From: an uncultured Chlamydiae bacterium
GTDB lineage: Bacteria; Chlamydiota; Chlamydiia; Chlamydiales; JAJFMA01
Length of the DNA stretch: 64,000 nt
Reading direction: 5' to 3'
NCBI GenBank assembly: GCA_963713615.1
Contig: CAVQMM010000001.1
Location: 512,001 to 576,000 of the forward strand
In this document: positions 20,057 to 30,506 of the stretch, piece after piece
Position numbering within the stretch: the first letter of the stretch is position 1
Layout of the letters: every line of letters starts with the position of its first letter
The notes under the pieces: model-generated
Told to the model about the DNA's origin: nothing
Databases searched by the model: none
What the model saw: only the letters and a program-made list of their open reading frames with translations
Program-made: the position numbers and the translations under genes

Positions 20057-21250
20057 CTAAGCAGGCGACGGTGTGTGACAACCAAGCGCTTTAAAAACCG
20101 ACACATAGTTTAACAGCTGTTCTACTTGGCCTTGAATCAACAGATCTTGGGCAGAAAAAGTCTCTTTGGAAATTTTCAAATACGATAAGAGGTCATTGAC
20201 ACCCTGCTGATAGAGCAAACTCTCTTGCGTGAGGGATTGTTCAAGAATTCGACAGGACTCTTCCAGATAGCAGAGCTTCTGTTGTCCTTGGGTGTAGGCC
20301 GAAATAGCATTTTCTGCTTCTTCAAGAGCTTCTAAGACCGTCTTTTGATAGGTGTAGAAAGCTTCTTGAGCTGTAGGCTGATTGCATTCTCTCACAAGAA
20401 AGCGGGGGATTAAAGCTATAAGTAGTGGTGAAGTCTGCTGCGTAGCGATAAGCTCTTGTTCGGCTTTTCGGATATCAGGCCGTCTTTGCAATAATTCGCA
20501 AGGAAGACCAATGGGTAGGCAACAAGGCAGTTGAGGTAGTGGATTTGGACAAGACAAGTATTCAAAGAGATCTCCTGGCGCATATCCAAGAAGGGTGGAT
20601 ATGCGGTGGATGGCATTGGAAACTAGCAACTCCAGCATAGGGTGCTCAGCTTGCATGGAGAGCTGATCAAGCGTTATTTCTGAAAAGGCCTTGTCACTGA
20701 TGACTCCACGCTGTTTTAGATCCTGCATCAATTGTGCTTGTTTTTCCCCTTCACTGATTTTCGTCTCAAGAAGGCTAAGGCGGCGCTGAGAGCCTCTCAA
20801 TTCGATGTAGTTTTTTGCAACTTCTGCGGAAAGAGTCACCCAGGTCGCGCAGAAGTCCTCTTCGAGTACTTCTACCTGCGATCGTGCTTGTGAGACACGT
20901 GTTGCAGCGATCTTGAGATCCACATTTTGAACTTCTGCAAGACGCATTAATTCATTTAGAACGGGATCACCCAGCTGATCCCACCATGTCAAACAGGAGT
21001 TATCCTCTATGTCTTGCAGTGTAGGATGAATATCACTAGACCACTCGCATGGTAGGTCAATATCAGGGACATAGACGGCAGGGGAGCAACCTGACAGTGC
21101 TACAAACAGTAAAAGGCTTTTTGCCTTAGCGAACCATTGAATAGGCGCGAAGCGCTTTGAAGTGCGAGTCGCGAGCGACCGCACTCCAAAGCGCTGCGCG
21201 CCGAGCGATGATTGTGAGAGTATAAAGCGTTTCGGATTCAGTGGGCCCAT
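20057..21250 (-). CDS. NodT/TolC-family outer-membrane-factor lipoprotein, internally shortened
   Basis: Lipobox LSGC, WWDQLGDPVL, NVDLKIAATRV, LLQRRPDIRKAE; last gene of ABC efflux operon. Confidence 0.85.
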   Translation of the reverse strand: MGPLNPKRFILSQSSLGAQRFGVRSLATRTSKRFAPIQWFAKAKSLLLFVALSGCSPAVYVPDIDLPCEWSSDIHPTLQDIEDNSCLTWWDQLGDPVLNELMRLAEVQNVDLKIAATRVSQARSQVEVLEEDFCATWVTLSAEVAKNYIELRGSQRRLSLLETKISEGEKQAQLMQDLKQRGVISDKAFSEITLDQLSMQAEHPMLELLVSNAIHRISTLLGYAPGDLFEYLSCPNPLPQLPCCLPIGLPCELLQRRPDIRKAEQELIATQQTSPLLIALIPRFLVRECNQPTAQEAFYTYQKTVLEALEEAENAISAYTQGQQKLCYLEESCRILEQSLTQESLLYQQGVNDLLSYLKISKETFSAQDLLIQGQVEQLLNYVSVFKALGCHTPSPA

Positions 21251-21257
21251 TTTTGTG

Positions 21258-22316
21258 TCATTGTTGTTTGGGGTTTTGAGTTTCGATAAAAACATCCATC
21301 TGTTGACCAACAAAAATCCGGTTTTCTCCCTCTTTAAACGAGTAGATGGCTTGTAGAACTCGCGTATCAACCTTTTCGTGGATATCATTGGTTAAGTTTT
21401 GTTTGGTGACAAAGTAGGGTTCGAGCCTCACAAAATGAAGCAGGAATTTAAGCTCTGCATTGCCTTGTAGAAAGGCAACAGCTGGGGCCTCGGGCTGAAA
21501 GTGAGATGCGTCAAACTGATTGATATTGACCCTGAGATGCATGGTGTCCGTATTTCCTATAATCATTGAGGGGGTACCTGAAGGAGGAAATTCTCCCTCA
21601 TGGATTTTTATCTGTAATACGGTGGCATCGATCGGAGAGGTGATGGTCACACGCTGCATATTCGCTTTCACGTGCTGGATGTCGGCATTCGCCTGTTGCA
21701 CTTGCAGCTTTGCAATTTCTAAATCAGGGCGCCAAGCTCCCGCTTTGATTTTCTCGAAATCAGCGTGTATTTTTTGAAATTTTGCTTCAGCTTCTTGATT
21801 GGCGAAGTAGCGACGAGCGACTTCTTCATCGCTCATGGCTCCGCTTTTTTGTAAGCCTACTACGCGGCTATACTGACTTTTTGCTTGAGCAAGTTCGATC
21901 TCAGCACTCTTTAAAACAGCAGCAGCAGCGATCATATCTTCGGGTCTTGGCAAAGCCTCCAGCTTTTGTAAATTAGCCAAAGCGTTTTCATAGGCTATGA
22001 GACGAGTTTGCAAATCGGCAGTCAAGTCGCGCGATTCTAATCGAAATAAAATCTGTCCCGTTTTTACCTTTTCGCCGGTTTTCACTTCGACCTGATCTAC
22101 AACACGGTTGACAGGTGAGCCTATGAAGATGTTTCCGCTACTGGCCTCAACGATACCTACTCCGGCGATGTAGGATTTAAATGGGGAAACAGGGCGAAAG
22201 GAAAACTCGGTAGGAGCCACAGGATAGTCCTGACCTTCCCTCCACATGAAATTTCCTACAAATAGCAGCCCAATGGCCGCTATCACCAAAATCCATTTAA
22301 AATAATTTCTATTCAC
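21258..22316 (-). CDS. HlyD-family membrane fusion protein
   Basis: GVGIVE, lipoyl half-motifs (VKTGEKVKTGQILF; ITSPIDATV), KVDTRVLQ. Confidence 0.92.
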   Translation of the reverse strand: MNRNYFKWILVIAAIGLLFVGNFMWREGQDYPVAPTEFSFRPVSPFKSYIAGVGIVEASSGNIFIGSPVNRVVDQVEVKTGEKVKTGQILFRLESRDLTADLQTRLIAYENALANLQKLEALPRPEDMIAAAAVLKSAEIELAQAKSQYSRVVGLQKSGAMSDEEVARRYFANQEAEAKFQKIHADFEKIKAGAWRPDLEIAKLQVQQANADIQHVKANMQRVTITSPIDATVLQIKIHEGEFPPSGTPSMIIGNTDTMHLRVNINQFDASHFQPEAPAVAFLQGNAELKFLLHFVRLEPYFVTKQNLTNDIHEKVDTRVLQAIYSFKEGENRIFVGQQMDVFIETQNPKQQ

Positions 22317-22998
22317 GTTTTCCTTCAGGAGTTAGTTCCCCATCGCTCATAGGGATGATACGGTCAGCGTAAGAAAAAATGCGCGAATCGTGTGTCACGA
22401 CCAATACTGTTTTTGAAGAAATTCTTGCAAGATCTTGTAGAAATTCCATGATTTCAAATCCTGCCGTATGGTCAAGGGCACTGGTGGGTTCGTCACAAAT
22501 AATAATGTTTGCTTCGTTGATCATAGCCCGTGAAATGGCAACGCGCTGTTGTTGCCCTCTAGATAAGTCTGCGGGAGATACGTGTGCCTTGTGGCTTAAA
22601 TGAACTTTCTCCAGGTAGTGCATGGCCTTATCTAAGCTTGTCGCTTCATCCATCCCTCCCACAATGAGGGGAAGTGATATGTTTTCAATGACCGTCAGTG
22701 CAGGAATTAAGAAAAGGGACTGAAAAACAATACCGATATTTTTGCATCGAAAGTGTGCTTTTCCGTTTTCATCCATCAAATTCACGTTCTGATCGAGTAA
22801 AATTAATTCTCCTGCATCGGGCGTTAAAATCGTTGCGATGATGGAAATGAGTGTCGTCTTGCCTGAACCCGATGGACCCACGAGCAGCGTTAGGTTCCCG
22901 TTATAAATATCTAGGTCGGTCGACTTTAAGGCTTCGACCTTGTTCTCCTCTTTTCCATAGGATTTCCTTATCCCTCTGCAGCTGATGGAGACATTCAT
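22309..22998 (-). CDS. ABC transporter ATP-binding protein (LolD/MacB-like)
   Basis: GPSGSGKTT, LSRGQQQRVAI, DEPTSALD, VTHD. Confidence 0.95.
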   Translation of the reverse strand: MNVSISCRGIRKSYGKEENKVEALKSTDLDIYNGNLTLLVGPSGSGKTTLISIIATILTPDAGELILLDQNVNLMDENGKAHFRCKNIGIVFQSLFLIPALTVIENISLPLIVGGMDEATSLDKAMHYLEKVHLSHKAHVSPADLSRGQQQRVAISRAMINEANIIICDEPTSALDHTAGFEIMEFLQDLARISSKTVLVVTHDSRIFSYADRIIPMSDGELTPEGKRE

Positions 22999-23000
22999 AC

Positions 23001-24152
23001 CTAGTTCCCCATCAATATTTTGGGATCCGCATGCAACACCTTCTGAATGCTGAGTGCAGCAGTTGCGAGGCAAATAAAGAGGACGATGCCGCCACTGAAT
23101 AGCAATAATTGCCAGGGAAATAAAAAGGCAAGAGTCGTATCCTTGATAGCCATTCCCCAAAGTATGGTAATACTGATGCCGAGGGCATATCCAATGACTC
23201 CTACGGTGAGAGCTTGAAACAGGATCATCTTGAGAATCATCTCCTTCGTTCCACCAACGGCTTTTATTAGCGCATAGTACTTGATGTTGTCGAGCGTCAT
23301 CATATAAAAAATTTGCCCTGAGATCGAAAATCCAATGATGATGCCTAACGCAACAGAAAGTCCAAAATTGATCAAGATGCCGGTTTCTAGGAAAAAATGC
23401 CGAATTGTGCTTTTAAACTCTTCTTTGGTGAGGGCATTTAAGCCTGATGTGACGTCGATTGCATGTGCGACCTCTTCAATGTTTTTATCAGGCCATGTTT
23501 TTACTAAAACAAAGCTCATTCGATCGGCCAAGGCAGGCCTAAAAAGCTGAAACTGGGAGAATGAGGTAAAGATGATCGGTTGGGGGTAAAAGCTCTGCGT
23601 AATTTTGCAAATCCCGACCACAACAGCCCTTACGCCATTGATTTCAAGGGGATCGCCTATATCGAGCGGAATTTTTTTCCCCTTTTTGTCAGTTTTTGCC
23701 AGGCTCTTTTCTGCTGAGTAGACATCGACAATGACGCCGCCTTCACGTCTCAGATCACGAACAGAACCTTTTATCATTTGAGCGGGGGCTCCGATTAGCG
23801 TAGCATCGTCAATTCCATAGAGTTGGCAAATTTCAAATTTTCCCGATGGGGTGACAGCCGGCATTAGCGAAGAACCTAAAGGAACGGCCCATTCAACCCC
23901 AGATGTACCACGCACGACGTCTACATAACCAAGAGGCAAAGTCCTGAGCTTATCTTCGCTTTCTGTAGCCGGATCCATCACCCAGATGGTAGGTTCTGCA
24001 ATGTCCGTGACGATGCGATAGGATCTGCTAACAAGGCCTAGGAAGATGGCAGACTGCTGTGAAATCAGCAGCGTAGCAAGAAAAATGCCAAAAATTACCC
24101 CGATACACGAGGAGCGGTTGCCTACAAGCATTTTAAAAGCTAAAGATATCAA
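23001..24152 (-). CDS. ABC transporter permease (FtsX/DevC-like)
   Basis: One N-terminal TM, periplasmic domain, three C-terminal TMs, YALIKAVG. Confidence 0.92.
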   Translation of the reverse strand: MISLAFKMLVGNRSSCIGVIFGIFLATLLISQQSAIFLGLVSRSYRIVTDIAEPTIWVMDPATESEDKLRTLPLGYVDVVRGTSGVEWAVPLGSSLMPAVTPSGKFEICQLYGIDDATLIGAPAQMIKGSVRDLRREGGVIVDVYSAEKSLAKTDKKGKKIPLDIGDPLEINGVRAVVVGICKITQSFYPQPIIFTSFSQFQLFRPALADRMSFVLVKTWPDKNIEEVAHAIDVTSGLNALTKEEFKSTIRHFFLETGILINFGLSVALGIIIGFSISGQIFYMMTLDNIKYYALIKAVGGTKEMILKMILFQALTVGVIGYALGISITILWGMAIKDTTLAFLFPWQLLLFSGGIVLFICLATAALSIQKVLHADPKILMGN

Positions 24153-24392
24153 GCAACGATCCTTCAGTCATGGGGTGAACTTAGTTCAGCACGTTTCCTA
24201 CCTTCTAAATGGAAGAATAATTTAGTACAAGGAAGGGCCTTGGTGAGGCAATAGATATTTTCATATGCATCGAGATTTATTTCTTCACATCCACCACGTG
24301 TTATAGCATAAGAAAATAATGTAGCCGGATAGGACGAAAGCGAGGTTCCCACGGCATACAGTTTGAACATCGGGAATGAGCTGTAGGAGGAT

Positions 24393-24456
24393 TTATACCA
24401 TGCGCGGTTAGATTTGGCGCAGTCGATTGCGCCAAATCTAACCGCGCATGGTATAA
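24393..24456. repeat. 64-bp palindrome with TTATACC...GGTATAA ends
   Basis: Perfect 29-bp arms; related half-copy at 61235-61270. Confidence 0.9.
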
Positions 24457-24518
24457 CCAGAAAGCTCAAGGGGTAAATGCTTTCAGCCTTTAGCAATCAC
24501 GCTAAAAAGGAGTTGGAA

Positions 24519-25322
24519 ATGTCATTTCAGTTTAATGAAGAGCAAGTCAATGGTTACCATACCAGCACTCTAGATGAGCTAGTGTATTTTAAAACGATCA
24601 TTGAAGGACCTTTCTTTAACGGCAGTTCTTCACTCCTTGATGCAGGGTGTGGTGAGGGTAAAGTCACCGCCTGCATAGCAGAACATTTCCCGAATATGAG
24701 GATTGTTGGATGCGATGCCTCAAAGGCCATGATACAATTCGCATCTCAGCATTATTCGCCCTTGCAATATTCCAATTTAAGTTTTTTTGAAAAGGACATC
24801 TGTTCTTTGAGCATGAATCAAGAGTTTGATCGTGCGATCTGTTTCAACTGCTTGCATTGGATAGAAGACCAAAAGCAGGCATTGAATTCTATCTATAGAG
24901 CTTTGAAAAAAGGCGGTGAAGCGCTCATCATCGCTTCACCAAAACCCGGGGAGATCCAGTGCGATCTGCATGATACCTGCCGTGCGGTGATTTTCAAAAT
25001 GAATTGGCTTCCGCGTTTCATCAATTACCGAACAGGCCATTCCTTTCATACGGAAAGGGAATACCGAAAAATTCTAGAAGATATTGGATTCACTGTCGAG
25101 CGTATAGAAAAAAGAACCAAGCCTGTTGTTTTTCAAAACAAAACGGAGCTCGAAGCGTTGCTAAAAGCAGTGGTAACGCCATTGTCTCATTTATCGGAGG
25201 CAAAAAGACCAGCATTCTTGGACGATATGTATGACGTTTTGGTGAAAAAAGGAAAGGTAAGTCCAACTGGAGAGGTTCGTTTAGAAGTCGGCCAGATTGA
25301 AATGCTAGCTTCTAAAGGCTAA
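24519..25322 (+). CDS. Class I SAM-dependent methyltransferase (Tam-like)
   Basis: LLDAGCGEG motif I, FNCLHWIED, LKKGG; SD aaggag. Confidence 0.9.
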   Translation: MSFQFNEEQVNGYHTSTLDELVYFKTIIEGPFFNGSSSLLDAGCGEGKVTACIAEHFPNMRIVGCDASKAMIQFASQHYSPLQYSNLSFFEKDICSLSMNQEFDRAICFNCLHWIEDQKQALNSIYRALKKGGEALIIASPKPGEIQCDLHDTCRAVIFKMNWLPRFINYRTGHSFHTEREYRKILEDIGFTVERIEKRTKPVVFQNKTELEALLKAVVTPLSHLSEAKRPAFLDDMYDVLVKKGKVSPTGEVRLEVGQIEMLASKG

Positions 25323-25385
25323 ATCTGACTTGACGGAATTAATGACCATATCTATATTTGTCGAAAACATCATTAACAAATAGAT

Positions 25386-25928
25386 ATGGTATTCACAATG
25401 TTTGGTTTAAATAGTTCTTTATCATTTCCTTTTGTTAATAAGGTGCAAAAAGTGATAGAGGATGCACATTCAGATCCACGAATTCTCTATTTTGCGATAT
25501 CAAATGAAGATTCTGTTAGATATCATATAGTGGCGCAGCAGTATGGTATAAAGATATTAATGTTAACCGGAGGAATAGTCTTAACTTCGTTGGGGGATTC
25601 CTTTTTGCATGGTTTTACGGCAATGGTTCAAACAGTTGCCACTTTCCCTGTGAACATTTTGTGCCGCCTCGCAGGCGTTCCCTTCGGAATGCCGGTCCCT
25701 TCAGGTCAGCATGCGCTTAGATCGCTAGCCTTTTTCGCACAAGCGGTCCTTACTGCTGTTGAAATGCCGGTATCTCCTATTCTCCCTGGCCTTTCGATAT
25801 GGACATGCGACTGGCTAAGATTGCGACAGAGCTGGAGCGCGGATGGTCTATCACCGACTGCAAATTTCCTAATTGGTGGGGCTTTTACCTTAACGGTGAT
25901 TGGGACTATTGCCACGCTTGCGAAGTAA
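25386..25928 (+). CDS. Hypothetical membrane protein
   Basis: 180-aa ORF with hydrophobic segments after a ttgacg...tatatt promoter-like region. Confidence 0.6.
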   Translation: MVFTMFGLNSSLSFPFVNKVQKVIEDAHSDPRILYFAISNEDSVRYHIVAQQYGIKILMLTGGIVLTSLGDSFLHGFTAMVQTVATFPVNILCRLAGVPFGMPVPSGQHALRSLAFFAQAVLTAVEMPVSPILPGLSIWTCDWLRLRQSWSADGLSPTANFLIGGAFTLTVIGTIATLAK

Positions 25929-25945
25929 CAGGTATATTGCAGGCT

Positions 25946-26066
25946 GGAGGTTCTTAAAGGCTGGATCACCCCTTCTAGGAAAAGAGTTAAAACGATTCAC
26001 CACTGCGGCCAAGGAGTATTTGTTGTTGATGGCAAACTCATCAAACTCCCGTCGAATAAGAAGTAA
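25946..26066. repeat. ~120-bp dispersed repeat (second copy 37433-37552)
   Basis: ggaggttcttaaaggctggatcacc...cgaataagaagtaa in both places. Confidence 0.85.
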
Positions 26067-26074
26067 GCCTAGAC

Positions 26075-26668
26075 TTATGCCCGCTTGCCTTTTGGTTGCA
26101 AAAATTTCCCTGCAAGGTCGGTGGTGGTAATCATCTGACAAGTATCTTTGAATAGTTCTTGGCTTTCCAGTTGGGCCATAGTCGGTGCAGGTTCGTTAGG
26201 GTCTACAATGTTGCCTTCCTTGAGATCTTGCAAAAAGAGATTGGTGTTCTTAATGCTGGCAGCCTGCCTTGTACGTGTGGGCAAGATTCCATAGTTTGCA
26301 CAGCATTTAGTTCATTCTTCTAAATAACATGATGAGTAGCCCTCTGTGTTATTAAATTTAGCCAAATAATAAAAAACATTTGTAAACAAGAGTTCTTTGA
26401 GGCCTTATCCCATCACGCCGTCTGGAAGGAGTGAAAGGACAGAAGTAAATGTTTTAACCCTTAAAACACCATAGGCTTGTCCTATTGTTGTGCCTTCGCT
26501 TGACGCTATGACCATTGTTTTAGAATTTTCGATGTGTTGCGATTGATCCTCTGCAACCAATTCATGTTTCAATAGGAGGTTTGCCCCCTTATAAGCAGGT
26601 ATATCCGTATACAGTTCCTTAAAGAAGATTTTATTTTTCATTAAATTAAATAGACTGTAATCGTGCAT
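26075..26668 (-). pseudogene. Decayed paralog of the N-terminus of the 915-aa protein
   Basis: One frame with two internal stops; LKELLFTN, EGYS, FLQDLKEGN align with LKELFFIN, QGYS, FLDSLQKGN. Confidence 0.65.
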
Positions 26669-26773
26669 TTATGATATTGTCAACAATATTTAACAAAATT
26701 CAGTGCTGAATATTACTTCGATTGTTTGTTAAGGACCTGCTGAGAAGGTTGTTTCAGTGAACATTCACCACTT

Positions 26774-26977
26774 AAAAGGTTGGTTGGCGCAATTTCCTAT
26801 GTAGCGCAGTCATTCCATGACTGCGGATGGACTTTCACCCACACAACCTCGTGAAAAACAATCATCTGTGGAGATGTGGACAACAACGCCTCATGTGATG
26901 CAAACCGAATCTGTTTCAACCGTCCTCGCAGTCATGGAATGACTGCCCCACATAGGAAATTGCGCCAACCAACTTTT
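26774..26977. repeat. Family A palindromic element with extended arms
   Basis: aaaaggttggttggcgcaatttcctatgtagcgcagtcattccatgactgcg / cgcagtcatggaatgactgccccacataggaaattgcgccaaccaactttt. Confidence 0.88.
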
Positions 26978-26978
26978 T

Positions 26979-27138
26979 GGCCTTATTCACCTTTGCGGTC
27001 AGTTTTCGGTGGACTGCAAAAGGATCGTCTGTCGCGTTTTGCTCCTCGGACATAGCTGGCGCTATGCCCTCGTCACAAACCACGACATCCGACCTTTTTC
27101 GTCCGACCGAAATTCTGACCGTAAAGGTGAACAAGGCC
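26979..27138. mobile_element. 160-bp MITE copy 2 (8-bp TSD aacttttt)
   Basis: One substitution versus copy 1; aacttttt at 26971-26978 and 27139-27146. Confidence 0.95.
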
Positions 27139-27344
27139 AACTTTTTGACATCTATTCGATGGTTTGTGGAAGCAAAAGCGCTCCTAATTCTTCACAAGAA
27201 CCAAAAATAAATGTACTTTATGGAAATTTCTGATATAGATAAGGAAAAATTTAATCTAGTGTTTAATTTATTCAGAGGAATGGATTAAACAGGCTCAATA
27301 GGGATGCTAGGGCATAGCTCGATCCTTAACTAAAGGAGATTACC

Positions 27345-28799
27345 ATGAGAAAAGATGATCCAGAACCGACTACAAATGATGCTGGCATTCCCATAGCTAG
27401 TGAAGAATATTCTCTCACAGTCGGACCGGATGGGCCCATCTTATTGCAAGACCACTATCTTATTGAGCAGATGGCGAATTTTAACCGAGAGAAGATTCCT
27501 GAACGTCAACCACACGCAAAAGGATCCGGAGCTTTCGGTTACTTCGAGGTAACACAAGATGTCAGTGCCTATACGAAGGCGGCAGTATTCCAGCCCGGTA
27601 CAAAGACAGATACCTTGATTCGCTTCTCAACGGTTGCTGGAGAACAAGGAAGCCCTGATACCTGGCGTGATCCACGCGGCTTCGCTTTGAAGTTCTATAC
27701 AAGCGAGGGTATCTACGATATGGTCGGAAACAACACCCCGGTATTTTTCGTTCGTGATCCCATGAAGTTCCAACACTTCATCCGCTCTCAAAAACGCCGT
27801 GCAGACAGTGGCCTGCGTGACAATGATATGCAATGGGACTTTTGGACGCTTTCACCTGAATCGGCACACCAAGTGACAGTATTGATGGGAGACCGCGGAA
27901 TTCCGAAGACATGGCGGAATATGAATGGCTATTCAAGCCATACCTATATGTGGGTGAATGCAAAAGGCGAGCGTTTCTTTGTGAAGTACCACTTTAAGAC
28001 TAACCAGGGGATTGACTTCTTGACCCAGGAAGAAGCCGATCGTCTAGCCGGTATCGATGGCGACTTTCATCGTCGCGACCTATTTGATGCGATAAAGCGG
28101 GGTGATTATCCTAGTTGGACTTTGCGGATGCAGATTATGCCATTTGAGGAAGCGGCGACATACCGGTTTAACCCCTTCGATCTGAGTAAGGTATGGCCTC
28201 ATGGCGACTACCCGCTTCACGAAGTAGGTCGGTTGACGCTCAACCGCAACCCCACTGATTTTCACACAGAGATTGAACAGGCAGCCTTCGAGCCGAACAA
28301 TATGGTGCCAGGAATAGGTCCCAGTCCGGACAAAATGTTGCTCGCTCGCCTCTTTTCCTATGCAGACGCACATCGCGCTCGTTTGGGAGTAAACTACAAG
28401 CAGATCCCAGTTAATAAACCAAGGTGCCCAGTCCATAGTTATAGCAAGGATGGGGCGATGCGAATGGAGAACGTTTCCGATCCGGTATATGCTCCAAACT
28501 CAAAAGGAGGCCCCAAAGCTGATGGCCAGCACTATCCCCAGGTAGAGGTGTGGGATGCAAGCGGTGAGTTTGTACGCGCTGCCTATACTAAACGAAAGGA
28601 TGATGACGACTGGGGTCAACCAGGTAATCTCATACGCAATGTCATGGATGATGCACAGCGTGAACGGCTTGTCTCAAATGTTGTCGGACATCTCAAGAAG
28701 GGGGTCTCAGAGCCTATTTTGGAGCGAGCGTTCGAGTACTGGCACAACATAGACAAGGATGTTGGGGAAAGAATCAAAAAGGGCGTAAAAGGCACCTGA
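27345..28799 (+). CDS. katA: Monofunctional heme catalase
   Basis: [41 protein letters not shown]. Confidence 0.97.
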   Translation: MRKDDPEPTTNDAGIPIASEEYSLTVGPDGPILLQDHYLIEQMANFNREKIPERQPHAKGSGAFGYFEVTQDVSAYTKAAVFQPGTKTDTLIRFSTVAGEQGSPDTWRDPRGFALKFYTSEGIYDMVGNNTPVFFVRDPMKFQHFIRSQKRRADSGLRDNDMQWDFWTLSPESAHQVTVLMGDRGIPKTWRNMNGYSSHTYMWVNAKGERFFVKYHFKTNQGIDFLTQEEADRLAGIDGDFHRRDLFDAIKRGDYPSWTLRMQIMPFEEAATYRFNPFDLSKVWPHGDYPLHEVGRLTLNRNPTDFHTEIEQAAFEPNNMVPGIGPSPDKMLLARLFSYADAHRARLGVNYKQIPVNKPRCPVHSYSKDGAMRMENVSDPVYAPNSKGGPKADGQHYPQVEVWDASGEFVRAAYTKRKDDDDWGQPGNLIRNVMDDAQRERLVSNVVGHLKKGVSEPILERAFEYWHNIDKDVGERIKKGVKGT

Positions 28800-28942
28800 T
28801 TGGTTGTGCAGAGAAAGGATCGGGAACAATTCATCAATCCTACTAAATATTAGCTTGTTACGATCTAAAAGATGTTGTAGCTACTGCTAAAACGGACCTT
28901 AAGGTCGATTTGTGGGCCTAAGGCTGGGGAGCTTTGTGAATA

Positions 28943-30388
28943 TCAGAGACATGACCAGCCACCGCCAAGGGCTTTGATCAATTGGATTGTAGACACATAG
29001 CGGAACCCCTGAAGGGTATTCACAGCTATTTGGTAATTCAGAAGATCCATTTCTGTATTGGCCACATCGATATAATAAATCACCCCTAATGCATAACGAT
29101 CTAAATATAACTGATAAGTTTTTTGCGCCAACTGGGTGGTTGTCAGAGCAAGGTCATACTGCTTTGCATAGGAATCTAAATCTTTCAAGGCGTTTTCCAC
29201 CTCTTGAAAAGCAACAAGCACTTGCTGCTGATATTCTCCAGTGGCTTCTTTGAAACGCGCAATTTGCAATTCCAAATTATAGGGTGTCTTGTATCCATCA
29301 AAAATTAACTGATCGACTTGTGCGCCGAGAAATAAATAACGACTTATCCATTTCAAGAAGTCCTTGAAGATAGGACTCTCAAATCCCCCTGTGGAAGTCA
29401 ATGTCAAGGAAGGGAAAAATTGGGCATACGCATTCTTCACCAACGCATGTTCGGATCTTGTATTATAGTCTGCTTCAGCAAGGTCAGGTCGGCGCAGGAG
29501 AACGTCGGATGGTATGCCATCAGGTATGCACGGAGGTAAATCTTGAAGAGGCATAGGCTCTAAACAAAATTCTGAGGCAGGAACGCCAATTAAAACAGCT
29601 ATTTGATTTTCCAATACCTCTCGCTGGCGCAAAGCTTCATAATATTGCAAAAGCGCACTTTCCACTTCTTCCGCTGCAAGGGTGACATCGGCATAAAAGA
29701 CAATTTCTTCCTCATAACGCGCTAGATTGATTTCATGTGCTTTTTGCCGAGTTTTGAGTACCCCTAGAAGCAGGTCTATTTGAGCATCAAGAGCCCGTAA
29801 CTGATAATAGGCGATTCCAAGGTTTGTGGTCAGCGATAGCATGACAGCCTGGTAATCTTTCTTTTGTGCTGCCCAGTTGTATTTGGCAGCGTCATATTGA
29901 TCTTTGATCTGTCCCCATAAATCCACTTCATAACTCAAATTCACAGGCATAAAATAGAACAGTTCATGTGCCCTGAAAACACTTTCTCCGGAGAGTAGAC
30001 TAGATAACCCAGGGGCATGATAATTTTTAATCAATTCAAGGGTATTGGTATACTGAGGACTCAAGTTAATTTGTGGATAAAATTGCGATGCGGCAATGCC
30101 CATCAATGCACGAGCCTCATTAATTCTTTCAAAGGCAACATAGAGATTTCGATTATTTTCGGTGGCCAACTCCTCTAATTCGTCAAGTTGGGCGTCTTCA
30201 AAAACTTGCCACCAATAGTCAAGGTCGGCCTGGTTTGCGATGCTGTCGGCCTCACACTCTGCACATCCTTCGTTGCTGTTTTTCCATTCTGAAGGCAGAT
30301 CAATACAGGGAGGAACATAGGAAGGTCCAACAGAACAGCTGGCCATCAATACCAAGGGGATCATTAGAAATAAAACAACCTTATTCAG
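28943..30388 (-). CDS. NodT-family RND outer-membrane factor lipoprotein
   Basis: YEVDLWG, LLRRPDL, LIKALGGGW; a likely CTG start at 30388 after SD aggagg gives signal peptide MNKVVLFLMIPLVLMASC (first ATG 30364). Confidence 0.92.
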   Translation of the reverse strand: MNKVVLFLMIPLVLMASCSVGPSYVPPCIDLPSEWKNSNEGCAECEADSIANQADLDYWWQVFEDAQLDELEELATENNRNLYVAFERINEARALMGIAASQFYPQINLSPQYTNTLELIKNYHAPGLSSLLSGESVFRAHELFYFMPVNLSYEVDLWGQIKDQYDAAKYNWAAQKKDYQAVMLSLTTNLGIAYYQLRALDAQIDLLLGVLKTRQKAHEINLARYEEEIVFYADVTLAAEEVESALLQYYEALRQREVLENQIAVLIGVPASEFCLEPMPLQDLPPCIPDGIPSDVLLRRPDLAEADYNTRSEHALVKNAYAQFFPSLTLTSTGGFESPIFKDFLKWISRYLFLGAQVDQLIFDGYKTPYNLELQIARFKEATGEYQQQVLVAFQEVENALKDLDSYAKQYDLALTTTQLAQKTYQLYLDRYALGVIYYIDVANTEMDLLNYQIAVNTLQGFRYVSTIQLIKALGGGWSCL

Positions 30389-30506
30389 AAGCGAGCCTCC
30401 TGTGTCACGGGCATGGCCTTGAAAATCAAAATTGAGTCAGATCGTGGTTGCAAAATCAATTTTTAAAAAGTATGTTAGGTGATTTTATAAAATCTGTGTT
30501 GCTGGC

